The notes under the pieces: generated by a model
The model's database searches: none
What the model was told of the DNA's origin: nothing
Seen by the model: only the letters and a program-made list of their open reading frames with translations
Program-made: the position numbers and the translations under genes
Shown: piece after piece, positions 9,845 through 17,868 of the stretch
Layout of the letters: every line of letters begins with the position of its first letter
How positions within the stretch are numbered: position 1 is the stretch's first letter
Assembly (NCBI GenBank): GCA_965261055.1
Contig: OZ253440.1
Location: 625,564 to 689,563 of the forward strand
Source: Fibrobacteria bacterium
Lineage (GTDB): Bacteria; Fibrobacterota; Fibrobacteria; UBA11236; JADFYW01
Reading direction: 5' to 3'
Length of the DNA stretch: 64,000 nucleotides

Positions 9845-10570
9845 ATGAATCAAAGAGTAGATAAACGCCAAAATAATCAACTAAGAGAAATTAAAATTAC
9901 TCCTAATTTTGTTTCATCAGCCGAAGCCTCTTATTTAATAGAAATAGGAAAAACTAGAGTTTTATGTAACGCTTCTGTTGAAAACAAAGTTCCTCGGTGG
10001 CTTCAAGGAAAAGGGAAAGGTTGGGTTACAGCCGAGTACAGTCTTTTACCTAGAAGTACTAAAGAAAGAGTTTCTCGCGAACGTGGCTCTATTTCTGGTC
10101 GTACCCAAGAAATTCAACGCCTTATTGGTCGTTGTTTAAGAGGTGTTTGTGATTTAAGTGCATTAGGAGAGCACAGTATTGTGATTGATTGTGATGTCAT
10201 TGAAGCCGATGGAGGAACACGTTGTGCCAGTATTGTTGGTGCTTTTCTAGCCCTAGCAAAAAGCCTACAAGACCTCAAAGAAACTAAAAAATTAGAAGCC
10301 CCTATTTTAAAACATTGGGTTTCAGCAATTAGCGTTGGTCTTCTTAAAAACACTCCGATTCTTGATCTTTGTTACATTGAAGACTCCTCAGCTGAAGTTG
10401 ATATGAATGTAATCATGACCGATGAAAAAACATTTGTTGAAGTTCAAGGAACAGGTGAAGAAAATACTTACAGCCGACAAGAACTAAACTTAATGTTAGA
10501 TTTTGCCGAAAAGGGCTGCTTAGAAATCATTGAGATTCAAAAAAGTATTTTAGGAAATATTCTACCTTAA
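9845..10570 (+). CDS. rph: Ribonuclease PH
   Basis: RNase PH family (MNQRVDKRQNNQLREIKITPNF...GGTRCASI...). The start is placed at the ATG at 9845, just after the pheA stop. The ORF-track extension to 9779 overlaps pheA and is unlikely. Confidence 0.9.
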   Translation: MNQRVDKRQNNQLREIKITPNFVSSAEASYLIEIGKTRVLCNASVENKVPRWLQGKGKGWVTAEYSLLPRSTKERVSRERGSISGRTQEIQRLIGRCLRGVCDLSALGEHSIVIDCDVIEADGGTRCASIVGAFLALAKSLQDLKETKKLEAPILKHWVSAISVGLLKNTPILDLCYIEDSSAEVDMNVIMTDEKTFVEVQGTGEENTYSRQELNLMLDFAEKGCLEIIEIQKSILGNILP

Positions 10571-10592
10571 AATAAAATTTATTTTAAAAAAC

Positions 10593-12134
10593 TTAACCTA
10601 AATAGTTTTTAATTTGATCTAATCCTCGGAACTGTAAAGCTTCCGAAAGATGTATCTTTTGAATTTTTTCTGAACCAGCTAAATCAGCAGTCGTTCTAGA
10701 AACTTTTAAAATTCGGTCATGCGAACGAGATGAAATATGATTTCTAGAAATATATAATTTTAAAAAATCTTTAGCGTCCTCTGTCAAAACACAAAACTGT
10801 CGTATTCCTCTAGAGCCTAAATGACCATTGAATAGATGACTCGGCAAACTTGAATAACGATTTTTTTGAATTCCCCAAGCCTTTTCTATTCTCAATTTTA
10901 TTTCTTCCGAACTCTCACCAAGCTTATGGGATAACAAATCTTCTGGTGGTAAGGGTGTAAGTTCCACCTGTAAATCAATACGATCTAATAACGGACCTGA
11001 AATTTTAGATAGATAATTTTTAACTTGATGTATAGGACAAGTACACGATTTATAAGGATCAATTAAAAAACCACAAGGGCAAGGGTTCATTGCTGCACCA
11101 AAAATAAAGCGAGACGGGTATTTTAAAGTCATTTGTGTTCTAGATATTGTAATTTCAAAATCTTCTAATGGTTGCCTTAAAACATTCAAATGATCCTTTC
11201 TAAATTCTCCTAACTCATCTAAAAACAAAACCCCATGATGAGCCAAACTCACTTCTCCTGGTTTTGGATAAGCCCCGCCTCCAACCAATGCAGATTGACT
11301 TATATTGTGATGTGGACTTCTAAAAGGTCTTTCTAGTAAAAGACTAGACCCCACAGGTAAAGCACCCGCAGAACTATGAATCATCGTCGCTTCCAAACTT
11401 TCCTCCAAACTCATTTCAGGAAATATTGTAGGAATTCGTTTTGCCATCATTGACTTTCCACAACCAGGACTCCCTATAAACAAAAAATGATGCGAACCAG
11501 CAACAGAAATTTCACAGGCTCTTCTCGCTAGAGACTGCCCCCTTACTTCTGAAAAATTAATTCCTTTAATATTAGTGTTGTCCCTACCCTTCTTTTCAAA
11601 GACAGGTTTTTCAACCTCTTTTCCTTTTAAATAAAGAATCAATTCTAAAATGTTCTTTACAGGAATGATATTAACATCCTTAATAATGTCAACTTCTTGA
11701 AAGTTTTCATAAGGTAAGTACACCTTTTTAATTTTATGTTTGTAAGCATACAAACAGGTTGCAAGGCATCCTTGAACAGGTCGAATTCCACCATCTAAAG
11801 AAAGCTCTCCTAAAACTAAAGTTGATTCCAACTCTTGATTTTGAATTTTAATTTGTTCAGAAGCGACCAACAATCCTAGAGCAATGGGGAGATCTAAAGA
11901 AGATCCCATTTTTTTCATGTAAGCAGGGGCTAAGTTGACCACCATCCTTTTGTTTGGTATTAAGAAATCTGAATTTCTCAAAGCCGAAAAAACACGATCT
12001 CTTGATTCTTTAACAGCACTATCACCAAGTCCAACAATATTAAAAGTTGGTAAACCGCTACAACAATCCACTTCAACAACAATAGGAAAAGCCTGTATCC
12101 CAATTACTGTAGAAGACTTTATTTTAGATAGCAT
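10593..12134 (-). CDS. comM: YifB/ComM family Mg-chelatase-like AAA+ ATPase
   Basis: 513 aa with an N-terminal Lon-protease-like ChlI domain and a Walker A motif GSPGCGKSM. Family-typical architecture. Confidence 0.85.
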   Translation of the reverse strand: MLSKIKSSTVIGIQAFPIVVEVDCCSGLPTFNIVGLGDSAVKESRDRVFSALRNSDFLIPNKRMVVNLAPAYMKKMGSSLDLPIALGLLVASEQIKIQNQELESTLVLGELSLDGGIRPVQGCLATCLYAYKHKIKKVYLPYENFQEVDIIKDVNIIPVKNILELILYLKGKEVEKPVFEKKGRDNTNIKGINFSEVRGQSLARRACEISVAGSHHFLFIGSPGCGKSMMAKRIPTIFPEMSLEESLEATMIHSSAGALPVGSSLLLERPFRSPHHNISQSALVGGGAYPKPGEVSLAHHGVLFLDELGEFRKDHLNVLRQPLEDFEITISRTQMTLKYPSRFIFGAAMNPCPCGFLIDPYKSCTCPIHQVKNYLSKISGPLLDRIDLQVELTPLPPEDLLSHKLGESSEEIKLRIEKAWGIQKNRYSSLPSHLFNGHLGSRGIRQFCVLTEDAKDFLKLYISRNHISSRSHDRILKVSRTTADLAGSEKIQKIHLSEALQFRGLDQIKNYLG

Positions 12135-12423
12135 TTTTAAACTCTGAATTTAAAAATTTATAACTTAAATATTGCTTCTTAACTTGCTCTAAAATTTTAG
12201 ATCTAGTGTTATGTGAAGACAACTGAACCGTTGGGAAAACAATTTTTTTAGATGGCCAAGATAAATAAAATCCATATTGACCATAAAAAAGTTGAATTCC
12301 TCCTAGTCTGATTTGCTGATTAAAAACAACTTCAACTTTAGCTTTAACTCTTGAAAGTGCTCCCATAATGGGAGTCACCTTTAAAGAGCTTATGTATAAA
12401 TTAGAATGTATATATAATTTCAT
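12124..12423 (-). CDS. Divergent SpoVG-like protein (paralog)
   Basis: 99 aa. The pattern KAKVEVVFNQQIRLGGIQLFYGQYGFYLSWPSKK parallels the SpoVG core (KAxxSITFDxxFVVHDIRVIEGxxGLFVAMPSxR). It lies in tandem with a clearer spoVG. Confidence 0.5.
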   Translation of the reverse strand: MKLYIHSNLYISSLKVTPIMGALSRVKAKVEVVFNQQIRLGGIQLFYGQYGFYLSWPSKKIVFPTVQLSSHNTRSKILEQVKKQYLSYKFLNSEFKNAI

Positions 12424-12445
12424 AATTTCCTTTTAAACAATTATT

Positions 12446-12754
12446 TTAAGATACTTTTGTTTCTTCTCTTTCTGTTACTTTCGTCATTGATAAATATTCA
12501 TCTAAAATTTCATCATTTAGATATTGTCTAACTTCAGATGTTGTTGGGATAACGATGTTGAAGTACTTTTTATCTTCTTTTCTAAACTCTTGAGGAAGAG
12601 AAACAAACAGACCATTTTTACCTTCTAAAATCCGTATGCCCGAAATGGATATTTCATCATTGAGCACAATTCTAGAAAAGGCTTTCAAAATATTTTTAGG
12701 ATCTTGATTCTTAATTTGGAAAATGTAAATTTCTGTTAATTTTAAGTTCGTCAT
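12446..12754 (-). CDS. spoVG: SpoVG family protein
   Basis: The start is placed at the ATG at 12754 (MTNLKLTEI...), preceded by AAAGGAGA. The core ILKAFSRIVLNDEISISGIRILEGKNGLFVSLPQEFRKEDKKYFNIVIPTTSEVRQYLNDEILDEY matches the SpoVG consensus. Confidence 0.75.
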   Translation of the reverse strand: MTNLKLTEIYIFQIKNQDPKNILKAFSRIVLNDEISISGIRILEGKNGLFVSLPQEFRKEDKKYFNIVIPTTSEVRQYLNDEILDEYLSMTKVTEREETKVS

Positions 12755-13152
12755 AGGATTCTCCTTTAAGTTAAATGAACGAATGTGAAAACTGTTAAAC
12801 ATCTCAACAACTTTCGAAATACTCTATAACAATAACTGTGCCAAATAACAAAAACCCGATTTAAAACCTCTTAAACGGAATTATCAAAATTTAATTTGCT
12901 TTTATCAGTGCAAAATGTGCAAAGATCTTGTGCAAAGAGTGAATTCTCCGCTTTCAACTCCGCTTCAGACAACAAATTGGTAGAGACTAGCTTTGGTTAA
13001 CAATACTGATAATAAAAATAAAGCTTTGAAAAAATGAATCCTCATGATTAAGCTGTAAGCTTTCCTAATCAGAAATAATTTCATAGGCTATATTTTTATA
13101 TCTTTACGGATTACATTTTAAGTAGCTATACCTTTTAACAGAGATTTTTTAA

Positions 13153-14721
13153 ATGGGTGAAGAACAAAAACAACAACTAGAACAGCAACTGTGGAATATT
13201 GCTGATACCCTTAGGGGAAAAATGAATGCCGATGAGTTTAGAGATTATATATTGGGTTTTATTTTCTTTAAGTATCTATCAGAAAAAATGCACCTATATG
13301 CCAATGAAGAATTACAAAACGACAATATTTTATATAAAGATATAAATGAAAATACTTTTGAGGGTAAAGAATATTTAAAAGCAATTAGCGAAGGATCATT
13401 AAGTAAATTGGGTTATTTTTTAAAGCCTTCAGAATTATTTTCTAATGTATCAGCTAAGGGAAATTCATTAGCAGGGGGCGATACATTTATTCTTCAAGAT
13501 TTAGCGACTATCCTTAAAAATATTGAACAAAGTACACTAGGAACTGAAAGCGAAGATGACTTTGGTAATTTATTTGAAGATTTAGACCTTACCTCAACGA
13601 AGCTAGGTAAAACAGATGAGCAAAGAAATGTTATTATTTCAAAGGTATTAGCTCATTTGGATAAGATAGATTTTCAGTTAGAAAACATTGAGCTTGATGT
13701 ATTAGGAGATGCTTATGAATACCTAATTTCACAATTTGCAAGCGGTGCAGGTAAAAAGGCAGGAGAGTTTTACACTCCTCAAGAAGTCTCTAAAATTTTA
13801 GCCAAAATAGTGACCACAGGAAAAAGTAAATTAAAAAATGTATATGATCCTACTTGTGGTTCAGGTTCTTTACTCTTGCGTGTTGCCAAAGAGGTTAAAG
13901 ATGTTTCGGCTTTTTATGGTCAGGAGATGAACCGAACGACTTACAATTTAGCACGAATGAATATGATACTTCATGATGTGCATTATAAGAAATTTGATAT
14001 AAAACAAGAAGATACTTTGGAGCGTCCTCAACATATTGATGAGCGTTTTGAAGCTATTGTCGCCAATCCTCCTTTTAGTGCCAAATGGAGTGCGAATCCT
14101 TTACATATGAGTGATGATCGTTTTAGCCAATATGGTAAATTAGCTCCCAAGAGTAAAGCCGATTATGCCTTTTTACAGCATATGATACATCAATTAGCAG
14201 AAAATGGTACTATGGGGATTGTATTGCCTCACGGGGCTTTGTTTAGAGGAGCCGCTGAAGGACATATAAGAAAGTATCTCATTGAGGATAGAAACTATTT
14301 AGATACGGTGATTGGTTTACCTGCTAATGTATTTTATGGAACAAGTATTCCTACTTGTATTTTGGTGTTTAAAAAGTGTAGAGAACACAGTGATAATATC
14401 TTATTCATTGATGCTTCTGGACATTATGAAAAAGTACAAACTCAAAATGTATTAAGAGAAAAACATATAGATAAAATTGTAAACACTTATCGAAATAGGA
14501 CGACCGAAGACAAGTATAGCTATGTGGTATCTATGGAGGAGGTGAAAGAAAATGATTACAACCTCAACATTCCGAGATATGTAGATACTTTTGAAGAAGA
14601 ACAGCCTATTGATTTGGAGGCAGTGAGTAATGAGTTGCAATCTTTAGAAAGTGATATTGTTAAGACCGATAAAACCATTGTAAATTTTTGTAAAGAACTC
14701 AATATTAAAACTCCGTTTTAA
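13153..14721 (+). CDS. hsdM: Type I restriction-modification system DNA N6-adenine methyltransferase subunit M
   Basis: 522 aa with an HsdM N-terminal domain, a SAM motif I DPTCGSGSLL and a catalytic motif IV ANPPFS. Confidence 0.95.
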   Translation: MGEEQKQQLEQQLWNIADTLRGKMNADEFRDYILGFIFFKYLSEKMHLYANEELQNDNILYKDINENTFEGKEYLKAISEGSLSKLGYFLKPSELFSNVSAKGNSLAGGDTFILQDLATILKNIEQSTLGTESEDDFGNLFEDLDLTSTKLGKTDEQRNVIISKVLAHLDKIDFQLENIELDVLGDAYEYLISQFASGAGKKAGEFYTPQEVSKILAKIVTTGKSKLKNVYDPTCGSGSLLLRVAKEVKDVSAFYGQEMNRTTYNLARMNMILHDVHYKKFDIKQEDTLERPQHIDERFEAIVANPPFSAKWSANPLHMSDDRFSQYGKLAPKSKADYAFLQHMIHQLAENGTMGIVLPHGALFRGAAEGHIRKYLIEDRNYLDTVIGLPANVFYGTSIPTCILVFKKCREHSDNILFIDASGHYEKVQTQNVLREKHIDKIVNTYRNRTTEDKYSYVVSMEEVKENDYNLNIPRYVDTFEEEQPIDLEAVSNELQSLESDIVKTDKTIVNFCKELNIKTPF

Positions 14722-15825
14722 ATGATGAATGTTAAGTATCATAACAATCAATTTCCACCTAAAATTCAGTTAGATGATGAAATTCATAAATTGATTAATC
14801 AAGCGAGAACAGAGTTAGGAAGATACGATGGTTTTTTATCTTCTATGGTTAATAGTCAAGTATTACTCTCTCCATTATTTACACAAGAAGCTGTTTTGTC
14901 TTCAAAAATAGAGGGGACACAGTCTACTTTAACTGAAGTTTTAGAATTTGAAGCTTATGAAGGAAAACAAAATATAACAGAAGCAAAAAGAAATGATATA
15001 AGAGAAGTTCTAAATTACCGTTATGCCTTAAATACTGCCGTTGAATTATTAAAAACCCTCCCTTTGTCTAAAAGAGTGTTTTTAGCTTGTCATAAAGAAC
15101 TAATGAAAAATGCTAGAGGGAAAAATAAAGTCCCTGACGAATATCGAAAAACGCCCGTATGGATTGGAGGGTCTTCTTTTGAATCTGCTCGGTTTATACC
15201 TATTGATGCTAATAAAATTCCTCAAGCAATGAGTGATTTTGAAAAATACCTCCATAATTCAGATGAGTATGATGATTTAATAAAAATAGCTATTTTACAT
15301 GCAGAATTTGAAGCGATTCATCCATTTTTAGACGGAAATGGAAGATTAGGAAGACTATTAATTCCTTTGTATTTATGGAAAAAAGATTTACTAAGCAGTC
15401 AATCATTTTATATGAGTACTTATTTTGAAAATGATCGAGATTCTTATTATGATGGATTATTAGATGTCTCTAAAAACGAGAATTGGTTAGATTGGTGTAA
15501 ATATTTTTTAAAAGGAGTTATTAGTCAATCTAAACAAAATTTAAATCGAGCAAGAAAAATCACACAACTTTATAATGATTTAAAAATCAAAATTCCTACA
15601 CTCACCAAATCTCAATATGGGATTACGGCATTAGACTTTATCTTTAAGGTTAATTATTTTAAGTCTACTACCTTTTATGAAAGGTCTAAAATTCCTAAAC
15701 CTACTGCAAGAAGATTATTAAAGACTTTAGTAGAAAAAGAAATTTTACAGTATACACCCGGCAGTGGTAGAATCCCTAATTTTTACATATTTAAACAATT
15801 GATAGATATGGCAGATGGAAAATAG
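14722..15825 (+). CDS. fic: Fic-family AMPylase (class II, with an N-terminal inhibitory helix)
   Basis: 367 aa with the canonical FIC motif HPFLDGNGRLGR (HxFx[D/E]GNGRxxR). An upstream SxxxEG inhibitory motif (SSKIEG) is present. The start codon abuts the hsdM stop (TAAATG). Confidence 0.9.
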   Translation: MMNVKYHNNQFPPKIQLDDEIHKLINQARTELGRYDGFLSSMVNSQVLLSPLFTQEAVLSSKIEGTQSTLTEVLEFEAYEGKQNITEAKRNDIREVLNYRYALNTAVELLKTLPLSKRVFLACHKELMKNARGKNKVPDEYRKTPVWIGGSSFESARFIPIDANKIPQAMSDFEKYLHNSDEYDDLIKIAILHAEFEAIHPFLDGNGRLGRLLIPLYLWKKDLLSSQSFYMSTYFENDRDSYYDGLLDVSKNENWLDWCKYFLKGVISQSKQNLNRARKITQLYNDLKIKIPTLTKSQYGITALDFIFKVNYFKSTTFYERSKIPKPTARRLLKTLVEKEILQYTPGSGRIPNFYIFKQLIDMADGK

Positions 15826-15903
15826 TTTTGTGGCTCACTTATGTAACACAAAATAGTTTGTGGCTCACTTATGTAACACAAAATAGTTTGTGGCTCACTT
15901 ATA
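15826..15903. repeat. Tandem direct repeat, ~30-bp unit x 2.6 (TTTGTGGCTCACTTATGTAACACAAAATAG), beginning at the fic stop codon and ending 6 nt before the hepT ATG
   Basis: Three head-to-tail copies are read directly (unit 1 has one extra T, and the third copy is truncated after ...CACTTATA). Each full unit contains the ATG-TAA start-stop pair. Confidence 0.9.
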
Positions 15904-15909
15904 GGAATT

Positions 15910-16326
15910 ATGAATGAAGAAAAATTAGATTTATCAGTTTTTGAAAAAGCAATAGTATCATTGAAAAGAGCATTAGATGAGTATCAAAAAGATGAACAGA
16001 ATGAGTTTATCCGTGATTCTTGTATTCAGCGGTTTGAATATTGTTATGAGTCCGCTAAAAAAATATTAATGAGACATTTTAAAAATACTGAAGATGATCC
16101 TACCAGCTTTGATGAGATGAAATTTGAGGAGATAATAAGATTAGGAGCTAAAAAAGCTTTGTTACGACATAGTTGGGATATATGGAATAATTATAGAGAA
16201 AACCGAAATAAAACTTTTCATAGCTATGATGAAACTATTGCCATAGAAATTGTGGAACAAATACCAAAATTTTATACCGAAGTAGACCATTTATTAGATA
16301 AACTCAAGGGATATTATGAAACTTGA
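15910..16326 (+). CDS. hepT: HepT-like HEPN-domain RNase toxin (type VII TA toxin family)
   Basis: 138 aa with the HEPN Rx4HxY motif (RNKTFHSY) near the C-terminus. Its stop overlaps the start of the downstream MNT ORF by 11 nt (ATGAAACTTGA). Confidence 0.85.
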   Translation: MNEEKLDLSVFEKAIVSLKRALDEYQKDEQNEFIRDSCIQRFEYCYESAKKILMRHFKNTEDDPTSFDEMKFEEIIRLGAKKALLRHSWDIWNNYRENRNKTFHSYDETIAIEIVEQIPKFYTEVDHLLDKLKGYYET

Positions 16327-17329
16327 TTTTGACATCAATAAAGAACAGTTTGCTATTGTTCAAAATGTTTTAGAACAACATTTGCCTGTAGATTGTAAAG
16401 TTTGGATATTTGGTAGTCGTGCCAAAAATACCGCTCAAGATTATTCTGATTTGGATTTAGCCTTAGAAGGCAAGGAAAAAATAGATAAAGCAATCATTTC
16501 ACAATTAAAAGAAGCATTTGAAGGTTCGCTATTACCTTATACAGTAGATATTTTAGATTTGAATGATATATCAAATGAATTTAAAACAATCATAGATCAA
16601 CAAAAAATCTTATTCTCAATAGAAGAAAATAAAGCAATATCTAAGTTGAGGTTTAAAAATGAGAACGGCAATGACTATCCCGATTGGCAAGAGAAAAAGT
16701 TGGGGGAGGTTTTTCATTCAAAGAAAGGTAGCGGTCTATCAAAAAAAAATATAGTTAGTGATGGAAAATATAAATGTATACTATATGGTACATTATTTAC
16801 AAAATATGATGAAATTATTGATGAGGTAATAGACAGTACAAATGAAGAAGGTAAGGTTAAATCTCAAATTGGAGATTTACTAGTTCCCACATCAACGACA
16901 ACAACAGGAATTGATTTGGCTAACTTTACAGCATTAAATAAAGAAGGGGTATTATTAAGTGGGGATATTACTATTTTAAAATTTAATAAAAAAGGTGATA
17001 ATGTTTATTGGGCATACTATTTAACACATTATAAGAAATATGAACTTGCAAGATATGCTCAGGGAACAACAATAGTACATATATATTTTTCTCATTTTAA
17101 AAAAACTCAAATTGAAGAGCCTTCTCTCCCCGAACAAAAAAAGATAGCGAACTTTCTTTGTTCTGTAGATGAAAAGATTGAGAAACTAACTAGGAAAAAA
17201 GAATTATTACAGGAATACAAGAAAGGTATTATGCAAAAAATCTTTTCTCAAGAATTACGCTTTAAAGATGAGAACAACAATCACTATCCCGATTGGGACG
17301 AGAAAAAGTTGGGGGGGGGTGTTGTTTGA
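16316..17329 (+). CDS. hsdS: MNT nucleotidyltransferase (HepT-cognate antitoxin domain) fused in-frame to HsdS N-terminal half (TRD1 + central conserved region); truncated by a frameshift at the G9 tract
   Basis: Residues 1-105 carry the minimal nucleotidyltransferase motif GSRAKNTAQDYSDLDLAL (GS..DxD). There is no stop before LRFKNENGNDYPDWQEKKLGEVF, the HsdS N-terminal conserved start. This is followed by TRD1 and the central conserved EQKKIANFLCSVDEKIEKL. The ORF ends DEKKLGGGVV* inside the duplicated N-conserved motif because of the G9 run. Confidence 0.85.
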   Translation: MKLDFDINKEQFAIVQNVLEQHLPVDCKVWIFGSRAKNTAQDYSDLDLALEGKEKIDKAIISQLKEAFEGSLLPYTVDILDLNDISNEFKTIIDQQKILFSIEENKAISKLRFKNENGNDYPDWQEKKLGEVFHSKKGSGLSKKNIVSDGKYKCILYGTLFTKYDEIIDEVIDSTNEEGKVKSQIGDLLVPTSTTTTGIDLANFTALNKEGVLLSGDITILKFNKKGDNVYWAYYLTHYKKYELARYAQGTTIVHIYFSHFKKTQIEEPSLPEQKKIANFLCSVDEKIEKLTRKKELLQEYKKGIMQKIFSQELRFKDENNNHYPDWDEKKLGGGVV

Positions 17330-17858
17330 ACATAAATTAAAGAGTACAGGAAAAGAAGAAGTTTATTCTGTTTCAGTACATAAAGGTTTAATTAATCAGA
17401 TAGAACATTTAGGCAGGAGCTTTTCTGCTAAAAATACTACCGATTATAGTCTTGTAAAGCCAAATGATATTGTTTATACTAAAAGTCCAACAGGTCAATT
17501 CGCTTATGGAATAATAAAACAAGCGAAAATTAATAAAGATGTAATAGTATCTCCTCTTTATGCTGTTTTTACTCCTGAATCAGAATATCTTGGATATATA
17601 TTTGACATATACTTTGAGTCAAAATATAATACTCATAATTATTTGCATTCTATTATTCAAAAGGGAGCAAAGAATACAATAAATATTACCAATACTACTT
17701 TTCTTTCAAAATCATTTAAACTTCCAATTGATTTCGCTGAACAAAAAAAGATAGCGAACTTCCTTTATTCTGTAGATGCCAAAATAGACTTGGTAAATAC
17801 CCAAAGAGAAAAAACAAAGGTTTTTAAAAAAGGACTTTTACAACAAATGTTTGTGTAA
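17268..17858 (+). CDS. hsdS: HsdS C-terminal half (TRD2 + C-terminal conserved region), in the +1 frame relative to the upstream part
   Basis: ...GGVLFEHKLKSTGKEEVYSV...(TRD2)...FAEQKKIANFLYSVDAKIDLV. The C-terminal conserved repeat duplicates the central one, as in canonical HsdS. The reading frame joins the upstream part if the G-tract is 8 rather than 9. Confidence 0.85.
   Translation: MRTTITIPIGTRKSWGGVLFEHKLKSTGKEEVYSVSVHKGLINQIEHLGRSFSAKNTTDYSLVKPNDIVYTKSPTGQFAYGIIKQAKINKDVIVSPLYAVFTPESEYLGYIFDIYFESKYNTHNYLHSIIQKGAKNTINITNTTFLSKSFKLPIDFAEQKKIANFLYSVDAKIDLVNTQREKTKVFKKGLLQQMFV
17311..17319 (+). repeat. Homopolymeric G9 tract inside hsdS at the TRD1/TRD2 boundary (candidate phase-variation switch)
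   Basis: Nine G are read directly at 17311-17319. The homologous site at the TRD1 start (16701-16708) is GGGGGAGG, an interrupted run. G8 would give KLGGVLFEH in frame with TRD2. Confidence 0.9.
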
Positions 17859-17868
17859 TTAATTATGA

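Noticed and set aside
10114-10353. 79-aa minus-strand ORF
   Set aside because: It lies entirely antisense inside the well-supported rph gene, so it is spurious.
12755-12802. Upstream start of spoVG at 12802
   Set aside because: The SpoVG family alignment starts at MTNLKLTEI (ATG 12754), which has a strong AAAGGAGA Shine-Dalgarno. The 16 extra codons are not family-conserved.
12960-13000. tRNA fragment (AATTGGTAGAG, D-loop-like) as an att-site remnant upstream of hsdM
   Set aside because: Only an 11-nt match to the tRNA-Leu D-loop. It has no acceptor stem, T-arm or anticodon arm, so it is most likely chance.
15826-15903. Possible CRISPR array (a 30-bp repeat seen three times)
   Set aside because: The copies are directly adjacent with no spacers. 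There are only 2.6 copies and no cas genes anywhere in the window. It is a simple tandem duplication.
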